NCBI GenBank assembly: GCA_951406725.2
Contig: OX597816.1
Span: forward strand, 4,464,001-4,528,000
Length of the DNA: 64,000 nt
Reading direction: 5' to 3'
Source: Octopus vulgaris
Taxonomy: Eukaryota
Positions 12,766-25,280 of the stretch are shown piece after piece. Each line of letters opens with the position of its first letter. The first letter of the stretch is position 1. The translations under genes and the position numbers were made by a program. The notes beneath the pieces were generated by a model. The model was given only the letters and a program-made list of their open reading frames with translations, was not told the origin of the DNA and searched no databases.

Positions 12766-13119
12766 AAGGACAAGGAAGCTTCCAAAGTTACAGGTCGACA
12801 GGTGACAGTTTCGTTTTAAGTATATAAACTGACAGAAGAAACTGGCGGCGAAGCGACCGTCTGCTGACCACGCTCTAACATGTCTTTGAAGACTTGCCAA
12901 ATAATTGTTCAAGGATAATATTTGTATAGATCTCCCATGTCGATTAAATCTTCATTATTTGTTGGATTATAATCTGGGAAGATAGGCACTAACTGGTGTG
13001 ACGTCACAGGGTCTTGGGGGAGCTGTCAAAACATGTCCGCCTTCAAAATGGACAACCAGTCGAAGGTTGTCACAGCAACCATCTGAGGACTCTATTCCTA
13101 TTGTCCCCTCCCCTTCACT

Positions 13120-13215
13120 ATCTTTCTTTCTTCCTTTCTTTCCTTTTTTTCCTTTTCTTTCTTTCTCATTTTTTCTTTCCTTTTTTCTTTCTTTCCCTCT
13201 CATTCTTTCTTTCTT

Positions 13216-13260
<45 letters not shown>

Positions 13261-13282
13261 CTCTCTCTCACACTTTCTTTCT

Positions 13283-13333
<51 letters not shown>

Positions 13334-13786
13334 TTTCTTTCTTTCTTTTTCTTTTTTTTCTTTCTTTTTTCCAACTTTCTTTCTCCTCTTTCTCTCTCTC
13401 TCTCTTTTTCTCTTTCTCTCTTTCTTTCTCTTTTTCTCTATCTCTATCTCTATTTCTATCTCGCTTTCGTTACACGACTTGAATTCTTTCTCTGACATTC
13501 AGAAATTGATAGATAAATATGCAACTAGTCGCATATACATACATACACACATACATACATACATACATACATACATACATACATACATACGTAGACCACC
13601 ACCCCCCCACACACACACAGATGCGCGCGCGCAACAATACATGTGTATGCAAATGTGTACAAGTTTGAGAGTATACCAACGCACACAGATGTATACAGTT
13701 GTAAGGTGAGATGACGAAGAGGGGGGGGGTCAGGTGATAATGAGAAAATGAAACTGATAGGTAGACGGACAGACAGACAGACAGAC

Positions 13787-13844
<58 letters not shown>

Positions 13845-13881
13845 GTAGGTAGGTAGATAGGTAGGTAGGTAGATAGATAGG

Positions 13882-13928
<47 letters not shown>

Positions 13929-14022
13929 GTATAGATAGATAGATAGATGAATGGATGGATGGGTGGGTGGATAGAGAAAGAATGAGAGAGAGAGGGAGAG
14001 AGGGAGTGAGAGAGAGAGAGAG
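13120..14022. repeat. Cluster of (TTTC)n/(CT)n, (TACA)n, (GATA)n and (GA)n microsatellites
   Basis: Directly visible. Confidence 0.95.
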
Positions 14023-14409
14023 TGACAGTTGCAGGTATGGACAGGTTGATAGACAGATAAATAGATAGAGAGATAAACTGGGCATGCTTCGTAATTAGAT
14101 AATCGAGCCTAGGTGTATTGAACAGGTTTTGGCAAGTTGTGAAGATTACAGGTCGATGGTGTTAACGCTGTAATCCATTTGTAAACTCACCAGTGTCTGA
14201 TGGTCACTTGCTGCGCTAGAAATTCCCTTACTACAAACTGCTTTTAGTACAAAACCCACGGCAAGATTTGAACTCGGAACCATATACTACAGCATTACAC
14301 AGCCTCTACACACAACGCGGCTGTATATTATTAACTGCATATTAAGTTGTTTCAGCTCGAGAGTCTCGGCCATGCTGGGGCATTGCTATTAGTTTTGCTA
14401 CGCTTTGAC

Positions 14410-14720
14410 TACATGGAACTTCTTCTGGTGTGTGACATTTGGTGAATGAGGGCGCTTGATTTTGCTGCCCTCGCCTGCGTTTGATGTCGCGAGGTAGGCT
14501 CATCCGGAACTCTTGACAGAAGGAGATCCAGTTTTGGTTTGAAGATAACCTACACCCTCCCCATGCAGGTCTCTTAGGATTTGTAGGAGGATACTGTAGA
14601 GTTGTGGGTTCTTGAAACCCAGGTTGTTGCAGTACCTGGTCCTGCATCTTGGTGGCGATGTTAGGATCTTTGGCCTTATGCAGTGTATAAAGAAGTTTGT
14701 TTGGCGTCTACTGCGTTTTC
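14410..14720 (-). pseudogene. CR1/L2-type LINE ORF2 C-terminal fragment, frameshifted
   Basis: RTRYCNNLGFKNPQLYSILLQILRDLHG, then in a shifted frame FKPKLDLLLSRVPDEP...; the FKxxLD...VPDEP ending is typical of these LINEs. Confidence 0.65.
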
Positions 14721-15044
14721 GGGCTCGATTCCCCACATGGAATATTTGACGAGTGTTTTCTACCAAATCTTTGAATCAACCCAAACATTATGAGTGGAAA
14801 ACCTGTGGAAGCTTCTTGGAGAGACCATTTTTTATTCTGTAATCCGTCGCTTGATCTAACACCCTATCTGGCCCAAGGTGGCTTTGGCGAAGTTACCTCT
14901 ACTGTAAGTATCCGACTCTGGGACTATTATCCTCTTGTCCTTCAATTCTCAGAGGAATTGAAACAAGGTCGTGAGTGGTGCCTTTGCCTCTTCGATTAAG
15001 CCATAAAAACACGTTTTTTATACACGTACATACACACGCAACAG

Positions 15045-15245
15045 TCACAGAGGAGACAAACAAGGGCAGACAGACGGATTAAGTCGATTACATCGACCCC
15101 AGTGCGTAACTGGTACTTAATTTATCGACCCCGAAACGATGAAAGGCAAAGTCGACCTCGGCGGAATTTAAACTCAGAACATAACGGCAGACGAAATACT
15201 GATAAGCATTTCGCCCGGCGTGTTAACGTTTCTGCCAGCTCGCCT
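15045..15245 (-). mobile_element. SINE family A monomer
   Basis: Head, body and partial new tail. Confidence 0.88.
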
Positions 15246-15309
15246 TCTGTGTTGGACTAATAATATCGGCATGAACAGTGATGGAAGTTTCTATTTTGCC
15301 AAATATCGG

Positions 15310-15950
15310 TTTCGGATTTTGGTAGAAAGCCATTAATTTCGGAGTTAGTCAACTACATCGATCTTAGTGATCAACTGGTACTTATTTAATCGATCCCGAA
15401 AGGATGAAAGACAAAGTCAGCCTCGGCGGAATTTGAACTCAGAACGTAAGGATGGACGAAATACCTATTTCTGTACTACCCAGAAGGGGCTTAACACAGA
15501 GAGGACAAACAAGGACAGACACACGGATTAAGTAGATTATATCGACCCCAGTGCGTAATTGGTACTTTTTTAATCGACCCTGAAAGGATGAAAGGCAAAG
15601 TCGACCTCGGCGGAATTTGAACTCAGAACGTATCGGCAGACGAAATACGGCTACGCAAAGATCTTTACATTCGTTGCACGGTGGAGCAAGTGTAACCGCA
15701 GTGGCGGACGAAATACCTATTTCTTTATTACCCACAAGGGGCTAAACATAGAGGGGACAAACAAGGACAGACATAGGTATTAAGTCGATTACATCGACCC
15801 CAGTGCGTAACTGGTACTTAATTTATCGACCCCGAAAGGATGAAAGGCAAAGTCAACCTCGGCGGAATTTGAACTCACAACGTAACGACAAGCGAAATAC
15901 CGTTAAGCATTTCGTCCGGTGTGCTAACGTTTCTGCCAGCTCTCCGCCAT
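15310..15950 (-). mobile_element. SINE family A compound array: new-tail units, an alternative 5' leader, and an old-type terminal unit
   Basis: Repeated units; leader at about 15657-15693 matches 36041-36078. Confidence 0.85.
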
Positions 15951-16419
15951 CTTCTTACCAAATATTCTGTGGTAAAACTACCTTCACTAACCAGCCCCCC
16001 ATGAAACGAGTGTAGGCGAACCCTGATATCGAGATTTACGTGATGGGGGCACTTCCCCTCTTTGCTCTCCTTTATTGGAAATTCAACCTTTGATAATGAA
16101 GACTGTGAGTTAACAGTAACTTCATTTGCAATCTCTTCGGGCCGATAAATTAGTGTCAAGATGACAAGCCGTAGCGGCCATTAAAAGCAAGATATACGAT
16201 ATGTTGCTTCCATTTTGACATCGGGAAAACAATATGCAGAAATAATAAACAACAGAGAGGAGAAAAAAATGTTTTTTCTTCAAAAACAGAAGAGAAGAGA
16301 AAACCTCAAAAGAGAGAATGTCACAACTCGAATGATTGAATGTCACCGGGAGGAAAATGGAGACAGATGCACGAGTTGGTGGTAGATTTATAGTGTGTAC
16401 ACACATCGATGACAGCGTG

Positions 16420-16449
16420 GACACACACGCACGCACACACACACACACG

Positions 16450-16519
<70 letters not shown>

Positions 16520-16520
16520 A

Positions 16521-16551
<31 letters not shown>

Positions 16552-16570
16552 TACGTACACACTCACACCA
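16420..16570. repeat. (CA)n microsatellite
   Basis: Directly visible. Confidence 0.97.
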
Positions 16571-16760
16571 AGCCATTGTGTACGCGTATGATTAAGAAGC
16601 GGTTTGAAAAGTTCTACACGACTCTTGGCTACTATTGTATTTCTATGCAGTTATTTCGCTTTATTGCATAGTCACGTGCTCGTTTTATCGCATAGTCACG
16701 TGTTCAATTGCCCTGTGGTGTATTTCTTATATTTTATAGTCGTCTGTCTATTTTGCTGCA

Positions 16761-17090
16761 TGTGAAGGCGCGTGGCTTAGTGGTTAGGGCATACGGCTGA
16801 CGATTGTAAGGTCGTGAGTTCAATTCCCGGCGACGCGTTGTGTCATTGAGCAAGACACTTTATTTCACGTTTCTCCAGTCCACTCAGCTGACAAAAATGA
16901 GTAGGACCTGTATTTCAAAGGACCGGCCTTGTCACACTCTGTGTCACACTGAATCTCCCTGAGAACAACGTTAAGGGTACACGTGTCTGTGGAGTGCTCA
17001 GTCACTTGCACGTTAATTTCACTCACGAGCAAGCTCTTCCGTTGATCATATCAGCTGCGACTCTCATCGTCGTAATCGGCCGAGTGCTCC
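16761..17090 (+). mobile_element. SINE family C with a family-B-like 3' module
   Basis: Head tgtgaaggcgcgtggcttagtgg; 3' part cctgtatttcaaag...ctgtggagtgctcag... is shared with family B. Confidence 0.85.
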
Positions 17091-17387
17091 TAAACCTATT
17101 TTGCTGCATAGAAGTATGTCGGTTTTATTGCACACTCGTCTTCGTATAACTGCATAACCGCATCTGTTTTATTTCTTATTCGCATACCTCTTTTATTGCA
17201 TAGTCGAGTCTGTTTTATTGCATATTCGTTGTGTTTGTTTTATTTCATTGTTCCCCACCCCCTTTTTTTGCATAGTCATATGTTTGTTTAATAGAGATGG
17301 GGAAGATAGAGAAAGTGCTATTATTAAAGGAACGAAGCTAAGCAATGTATTAGTTTGATTGTATCATAACTTGCAACAGCAGTCACA

Positions 17388-17831
17388 GTGGAGGCGCAAT
17401 GGCATCTTACAGATTACCGAATAGTTCAACGATCGTACCGCCTAACTAGTAGAGCCGTGTCTATGGAGGCGCAATGGCCCAGTGGTTAGGGCAGTGGACT
17501 CGCAGTCGTAGGATCGCGGTTTCGATTCCCAGACCGGGCGTTGTGTGTGTTTATTGAGCGAAAACACCTAAAGCTCCACGAGGCTCCGGCAGAGGATGGT
17601 GGCGACCCCTGTTGTACTCTTTCGCCCCAACTTTCTCTCACTCTTTCTTCCTGTTTCTTATCCCCGACTTCCTACGCAACCGCTGAGCCTGGATGCGCAT
17701 TCATCCGTCCGTCGATGCTCTCAATGTCGGGGGTTGACCTGCTTTCTCTTCTGTGGGTCTTACGAATAGCAAAGGACCACGTTTCGGACTTCTCTCCCAC
17801 TCTGGGGACGAAGACCGCTTCGCTCAACAGT
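17388..17831 (+). mobile_element. Chimeric family B SINE: 16-bp head stub, ~60-bp captured flank, B head/body, foreign 3' tail
   Basis: TSD aacagcagtcaca on both sides (about 17375-17387 and 17832-17844). Confidence 0.85.
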
Positions 17832-18279
17832 AACAGCAGTCACAACTCTGTATTCCATATCATTTTTCCAACCCAGACGAGGAGCACGTATTTGAAACTT
17901 TACATTCTTCACTCCTCATAGAAATATTAACTTATCAAATTCTTCATGGATTCCTTATTTGTGGTTTAGATCATCACCAGTTTCTCCGAATTCCACAATT
18001 CTCTGAATCAAGAATGAATTTTTGTTTTATACAAATCCAGAAACATGAAGCTAAATCCTTTTCGAAAACATATTATTTAAAATTGGCCAATGACAAGCAA
18101 TGGCTTCTAAAATAATTCCTGATACTCAGGAGAAACAATAAAAGGTTTCAGATCTTTGTGTTTCGAGTTAGGTTTATGGAATGAGACGAAGTGAAGATGA
18201 TAGAAAGATGAAGGTCGGTGTTGAAAGGAAATCTGCTCGCGTGGTCTAGAAGAATTGGAAACGAATCTGTTGTAGCGAT

Positions 18280-18696
18280 ATATTTCTTTACTACCCACAA
18301 GGGGCTAAACACCGAGGGGACAAACAAGGGCAGACAAACGGATTAAGTCGATTACATCGACCCCAGTGCGTAACTGGTACTTAATTTATCGACCCCGAAA
18401 GGATGAAAGGCAAAGTTGACCTCGGCGGAATTTGAACTCAGAACGTAACGACAGACGAAATACCTATTCCTTTATTAGCCACAAGGGGCTAAACATAGAG
18501 GGGACAAACAAGGACAGGCATAGACATTAAGTCGATCACATCGACCCCAGTGCGTAACTGGTACTAAATTTATCGATCCCGAAAGGATGAAAGGCAAAGT
18601 CGACCTCGGCGAAATTTGAACTCAGAACGTAACGACAGACGAAATAGCGCTAAGCATTTCGCCCGGCGCGCTAACCTTTCGGCCAGCTCGCCGCCT
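18280..18696 (-). mobile_element. SINE family A dimer
   Basis: Two units; flanked by a ttggaaacgaa(t/a)ctgttgt duplication. Confidence 0.92.
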
Positions 18697-19103
18697 TTGG
18701 AAACGAAACTGTTGTTACAGTTGAAGGCAGGAAAGAGAAGTCACTGCATGTTTACATCTTTCTCACTTTCCTTGTGGTCATTACCGCTAGAAACTCCAGC
18801 CAAAGTGGAATGGCTTGAACTATGAAGGAAACAAACTTTAAACTACCCTACTACAACTCAAACGATAAAGCACTGCGTGTGGTTTATCGATGTGCTTCAT
18901 ATCTAGACGAGGCATCGCAGCACAGGATAATTCTCATTTCGGATGAGGGAGGAAATGTCGGCTGCGACAAAGGCTGTGAAACCGTGTTTACCGATGTTAC
19001 AAATAAAAACAGATTTTAATAATCTTAATTAAAAGGAGAAAATTCATTTAAGTCATCAGTGTCTTGTACGTTGCACAGGCGCTGCCTGCAATTTAAAAAT
19101 AAA

Positions 19104-19495
19104 CTAGCAGTATCTCCCGGCGTTGCTCGGGTTTGTTTTGACCCTTTAGAATTGGAATTTTTGAAAAGTAAAAATGTTGCATTATGTAGCTTGTTATTCT
19201 CTTTAAGTGAACATTTTTCTGGTTGAAATACACCGAAAAATGGCGACACTGCAGTAAAAAAATCGTAAAAGATAGGGATTTTCATAGAAAAAAAGCACCT
19301 TTTTGATGTAAATAATTTTTGGTGTTAACATGGTCCAATTTTAATTTTATCTTCTACGGAAGGAAGAGCAAGCCTTCTTCTATCATACTCTCAATGTTGG
19401 TCAACTTGCGCCGCAGGGTCTCGGAGGAGAAAGTGTTAGTTGAAGGCTACCAAACCTGCCACACACAGACAACTTCAGCTTTATATGTATAGAGA
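19104..19495 (-). mobile_element. Non-autonomous Helitron
   Basis: Minus strand starts TC, ends CTAG with a subterminal hairpin CCCGagcaacgcCGGG, and sits between A and T. Near-identical to 21128-21519. Confidence 0.8.
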
Positions 19496-19529
19496 TATTT
19501 GAGGAATGATATATATTTAGACTATAAAC

Positions 19530-19730
19530 GGCGGCGAGCTGGCAGAATCGTTAGCATGACGGGCGGAATGCTTAATGGCATTTCATTCTGATTTCAAATT
19601 CCGCCGGGGTCGACTTTGCCTTTCATCTTTTGGGGTCGATAAATTAAGTACTATTGAAATACTGGGGTCGATGTAATCGACTAATCTCCTTCCCGAAAAT
19701 TTCAAGGCTTTGTGCCTTCAGAAGATAAGA
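19530..19730 (+). mobile_element. SINE family A, old-tail monomer
   Basis: Head, body and ...ctccttcccgaaaatttcaaggctttgtgcc tail; TSD atatttagactataa. Confidence 0.85.
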
Positions 19731-19761
19731 ATATTTAGACTATAATTTAAGTCAATCGTCA

Positions 19762-20062
19762 AGGCTCATGACTCAGTGGTTATGAGGTAGTGAGTTCGAT
19801 TCCTGGACTGGGCTGTGTGTTGTGTTCTTGAGCAAGACACTTTATTTCACGTTGCTCCAATTCACTCAGCTGAAGAAATGAGTTGCGACGTCACTGGGGC
19901 CAAGCTGTAGCAGTCTTTGCTTCTCTCATCGGTAGTGTGAAGAGGGGAAACTAATATGCATGGGCGGCTGCTGGTCTTCCATAAACAACCTTGACTGGAC
20001 TTGTGCCTGGGAGGTGAACTTTCTAGGTGCAATCCCATGGTCTGTGTCGTGACCGGAAGAAG
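19762..20062 (+). mobile_element. SINE family C with a distinct 3' tail
   Basis: Central domain as in 16761; tail ...ggtgcaatcccatggtctgtgtcgtgacc. Confidence 0.8.
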
Positions 20063-20471
20063 GTTTTACACTCTAATTTAAGTTAGACCAACTTAATGTA
20101 GAACACATACTTTCGACAAATGTTTCGACAAATGTTTTACAGAGATCAATCAACGAAGATGATAAAATTGATGTATAACAGAGAAGAAGAAGAAGAAAAA
20201 CGACACGCAAATCTTAAAGTACGATTAAGAAAGAAACAAACTGCAGTGCTGCAGAGAATATAAATGAAATCAGGTGAAGATAAAATAATGAATATATAAA
20301 AATAGATTTTGAAAAAAAAAAAAACAGAAAAACACAACAACGAAGAATAAATGTTTAAATTGTGTCTTTTAGAATCATTTTATGACTGATTCTCAAAACG
20401 GAAAATTAATCCCGAGGTCAACAATTTCTATGAACGTTAAGCTGAAGCGTAAAACGAGGTAATTGAGGAAG

Positions 20472-20745
<274 letters not shown>

Positions 20746-21127
20746 ATAATCCAAATGTAACCATAGTAACTAGGTGATGACGTCATGAAAGATGTGCACC
20801 AATAAAATTTGTTGAATTGAAACTTGCGTGTTGGAAGAAAAAGATTGAGGACAGCAATTGTTCGCATTTCTCAAATAAAAGAAGAAATAATTTCAAATAA
20901 AAATTAGTTTCACACAAAATTTAATTAATCGAAGGAAACAAAATTGAACTTTTTAAACAGGGCCAAGGGTTAGGGTTAGGAATGCCTGGCCTAACGCATC
21001 TCATTCGTGGTTCCTAGGCTTCTTAAACCTGCTTGGTCAGTGAACATAGACTTTTACTTGTACAAAAAGAGGTCCACATGTATAAATGTATGTAGTGTAC
21101 GTGCATTAAAGGTTTTTCTATGTCAAA

Positions 21128-21519
21128 TCTCTCTATATATAAAGCTGAAGTTGTCTGTGTGTGGCAGGCTTGGTAGCTTTCAATTAACGCTATCTCCTCG
21201 GAGACCCTGCAACACAAGTTGACCAAAATTGATAGTATGATAGAAGAAGGCTTGCTCTTCATTCCGTAGAAGATAAAATTCAAATCGGACCATGTTAACA
21301 CCAAAAATTATTTACATCAAAATGGTGCTTTTTTTCTATGAAAATCCCCATTTTTTACGATTTTTTGATTGGTGTGTCGCTATTTTTCGGTGTATTTCAA
21401 CCAAAAAAATGTTCACTTAAAGAGAATAACAAGCTACATAATGCAAAAGTTTTACTTTTCAAAAATTCTAATTCTAAAGGGTCGAAACAAACCCGAGCAA
21501 CGCCGGGTGATACTTCTAG
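21128..21519 (+). mobile_element. Non-autonomous Helitron
   Basis: a|TCtctctatatataaagc...cccgagcaacgccggg-tgatactt-CTAG|t. Confidence 0.82.
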
Positions 21520-21981
21520 TTATATATAAAAATGCAATTTAAAATTAAACCGAAAGATTTATCAATTACTGAATGTTCTATAGAAGAGTTCATATTTGTA
21601 AGCATTTTCCGGGAAAAGGCTGTTGGCGACTTGAGAGATTTTCTTTGGTTGTCTTCATTAGACGATTAATTACTTTATATAGTCATTAGTGAGATAATTT
21701 TTGGTAGATGGAACAATGTGGATAAGAATTAGGTGTCATGTGCGCAGACAGAAACGTAACCGTTTAAGAAGAAGGGAATAAAGGAGAATAAGAGGAAAGC
21801 TTGTGTTTATGTAAGATTTGATTGACATAAAGGTCTGGTAAAAAGATTTGTTTCGGTTTGATATGGGAATTTTGTTGTTGTTTGGTGTTCAGTTAGGCGT
21901 GAAAATAAAGTTATAAGCAGATGTGAATATACTTACATACACACATACATATATACATACATACATACATACATACATACA

Positions 21982-22013
<32 letters not shown>

Positions 22014-22029
22014 CGCACACACACATTAT

Positions 22030-22182
22030 AAATGAAAAGTGCATTGTAAATAACGACAGATAAAAAACAGATGTATATTTGTTTGTGTTAACTACATCCC
22101 AAAGATGTAGCTTTGTATCTTCGTTGGAAACCGGGTCCCTCCTCAGCGGAAGATTTATGATAATTAAAAAATAGAAGAAACA
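22030..22182 (+). mobile_element. Probable 3' UTR of an RLE-type non-LTR retrotransposon
   Basis: A second, reverse-complemented copy lies at 32985-33085; both end in (TACA)n. Confidence 0.5.
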
Positions 22183-22199
22183 TACATACATAAACACAA

Positions 22200-22620
22200 G
22201 TGGGAAGATATTGTTGTGTGGAACCACAAAGAAAAGGTATGTTCTGTTGTGGAAAACAGCTGCCCTCTGAATGAGAATGTGCTTAGAAAAATACAAGAGA
22301 AAGAGGACATCTCCGGATCTTTGATAAGGAGTTTGAAAACCCAGTCCCCAAGATACACGTTTGGTTTCATACCTATTATTATTGGAGTCGCAGGACACAC
22401 ACCAACATGTCTGGGGCATACGGGAAATATTGGGAAATATTGGGCAAATCCTTATTTCATGTGCTACAAACGATCGCGATATCTAGAAGTTTAAAGTCAG
22501 CCAGAACTTCTTCAAATTTCAAAGAGGATGGTTAAAGCAAGATACTTTCCATGGCAACCTAGCTACCAAGGAGGTGACCGGTCAAGATTTATTCGAAATT
22601 AAAAAGAGAAACAAAATAAC
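22200..22620 (+). pseudogene. RLE (restriction-like endonuclease) non-LTR retrotransposon 3' fragment, R4/Dong-like
   Basis: DIVVWNHKEKVCSVVENSCPLNENVLRKIQEKEDISGSL...FGFIPIIIGVAG fits the PD-(D/E)xK RLE C-terminus. Confidence 0.7.
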
Positions 22621-22684
22621 ATACATACATACATACATACATACATACATACATACATACATACATACATACATACATACATAC

Positions 22685-23205
22685 AAAGAGAACACCTATG
22701 CTGAACTATTGAGAAATTTGCAGTTATTCTATCCAGATTACAAGTTCAGGTTGATACCTGTAGTTATTGGGGCCCCTAAATACTAATTTTGAGAAATTAG
22801 GTTTCTCAAAACCAGAAAGCAGAAAGCTAATTCGAAGAAAGCAGATCCAATCTATCACTGGAACTGTAAATATCTGTAAAACTTTCCAGAAGTTTATCAT
22901 TTAAATATATAAGAGCATGTCTAGATATACAACTATATGCACGAGAATACATACATAAAACAAAACATATAAATCTACACATATATATATATATACATAC
23001 ATGCATACATACATACATACATACACACATACATACATACATAATACATACATACATACATACATACATACATACATACATAAATATATACATACATTCA
23101 AACAAATGTTGTTGATGTTGAAATTCCAATGACGAAGCCTTGGATCTAGGTTAGAAACCGGCACTTTCTCTTTTGGCAAGAAATCTTAATATAAAACTGA
23201 ATAGT
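22685..23205 (+). pseudogene. Second, divergent RLE non-LTR retrotransposon 3' fragment with 3' UTR
   Basis: KENTYAELLRNLQLFYPDYKFRLIPVVIGA, then a frameshift, then EKLGFSKPESRKLIRRKQIQSITGTVNICKTFQKFII*. Flanked by (TACA)n. Confidence 0.72.
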
Positions 23206-24016
23206 TACATGCATACATATACACATATATACATACATGCATAATACATACATGCATATGCCATCTCTGTTAAGACACTACACTTGGAGAATATTTCCTC
23301 AGTTTTTTTTAAATTTACAGCAAGTAAAAAATAAATAAATAAACAACCTTACGACGCAAACGAATTCGTTTGATAACCGAATATTGTGGCTTCAGGAACA
23401 ATTCGTAAAAAATTTTTTTTTTCATAAACCTCATATTTTATTCTAGGACAAGTGGTGGGGGTGGGTGGGGGAAGTAGTAAAATCCTGAATGTTAAGGAAA
23501 AAACATTATGGCGTCATTAACAAAAATAAATCATAATTGGTACTTTATAGCGTTTGCTCGATTTTTATGGCGGCCTCATTCCTTTGAGACAAGGACTTCA
23601 CTAATGAAAATTAATATCTTCCATCAAGCCGGTTCTCGTTTCCTCGATCAGTGATTGACAAATCAGTTTGGCATAATGCACGCTCATCACAGACTACTTT
23701 CAAAAAAATCTCTCCCATAAGTTTTCAGTCAACTTGAGATCCAGGCTGCTTGTTGGCCATTCCATCGAGTTGATATGGTTATCCTCACGGGAAGGTATAA
23801 GCGCTCTTTGCTTTATAATCACTCAACCTGGTTTTGGTGGGGTTTTTTTGTTATTTTGTCCTCTATCGACAACACAAGAAGAGTGCCCAAAATTACATCG
23901 TAATATCTCTGCAATGATTTAAGGATAATGAATATCAGCTCTCCTGCCCCTATAATTTACACAAAACCCCACACCATGCATATCATATACATACAAACAA
24001 AATTACACACACACAC

Positions 24017-24082
<66 letters not shown>

Positions 24083-24084
24083 AA

Positions 24085-24386
24085 TAATTAAGATTCAGCC
24101 GAAAAAGATTTTTAAGTCAATGCACGAAGCCAGTCAGGTATTAAACGCAAGGCTCAAACTGATATGATGCTTGTGTTGTTCGATTAAGTGTAGTCGCCAG
24201 AAACGGCCATATTGCATTGATACCTTGACATCCTTGTTACTTGTTTGCTTATGAAAGGCAACGGGAAACTCAGAGTAACGGGTTTTGTTGAATTTTCTGC
24301 TGCTTTAAATAAAGCATATTACTCTACCACTGGTATTTGAGTACTCTTTTTTCCACCTTGTTTCACATTTATGTGTTTACTCCGGT
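24085..24386 (+). mobile_element. Probable PLE pseudo-LTR between (TA)n tracts, with a decayed hammerhead
   Basis: CUUAUGA...GAAA-CUCaGAG-UA at 24248-24277. Confidence 0.4.
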
Positions 24387-24532
24387 ATATATATATATAT
24401 ATATATATTATGGCGTCATTAACAAAATATAAATCATAATTGGTACTTTATAACGTTTGCTCGATTTTTATGGCGGCCTCATTCCTTTGAGACAAGTATA
24501 TATATATATGCTTTCACACACAAACTCTGTCA

Positions 24533-24590
<58 letters not shown>

Positions 24591-24640
24591 TGAGAGAGTT
24601 GGTGTGCGAAAGCACGTGGTTGGATGTATAAAAAATTTTT

Positions 24641-25014
24641 AAAAGTGAAAAATCTACAGATTGCTTATGTTATAAGGTTAAAGAATATATTTACGTCGTT
24701 ATGTTAGAAAAATGTTATCAAATTTTGTGAATAGTAACATAGTTTTTAGAGAAAGAACCGGTTTCGTGTAAACTTTTCAAATTTCTCAAATGTCTTTACC
24801 TACATCGTGTCATGTCTTCGTTATGTAGTGCAAAGAAGACATGACACGATGTAGGTAAAGAAATTTGAGAAATTTGAAAAGAAAATACGAAACCGGTTAT
24901 TTCTCCCAAGACAATGTTACTATACACAAAATTTTCTAACATTTTTCTAACATAACGACTTAAATATATTCTTTAACCTTATAACACAAGCCTTCTGTAG
25001 TCTTTTCACTCTTT
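24641..25014. repeat. Long imperfect palindrome (arms ~180 bp, 15-nt spacer), probably PLE-derived
   Basis: ...ctttacctacatcgtgtcatgtcttc [spacer] gaagacatgacacgatgtaggtaaag...; carries cGAAACCGGTt. Confidence 0.85.
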
Positions 25015-25280
25015 TTTATTTTAAATATATATATATATAATATTATATATCGTATCATATCGTATAACAAGTACACACACGCACACATTCGGATTTAAAA
25101 TTAAAGAATTAAGTTTTAGAAAGTAGGTGTTAAATGCAGCATCCAAACCTTGATTCAGTGTAAGTCCCCGGTACAGTGTCTGCAAAACACGTTCACACTT
25201 ATGGCTATCAGGTGTCATCGGCAATACTGTGCGTTCGTCGTCGGATCTACGTCCGGAATTCCAAGGTGCACGTGTGGTAT

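Noticed and set aside
20966-20980. Telomeric TTAGGG repeat
   Set aside because: Only about two units; compatible with chance.
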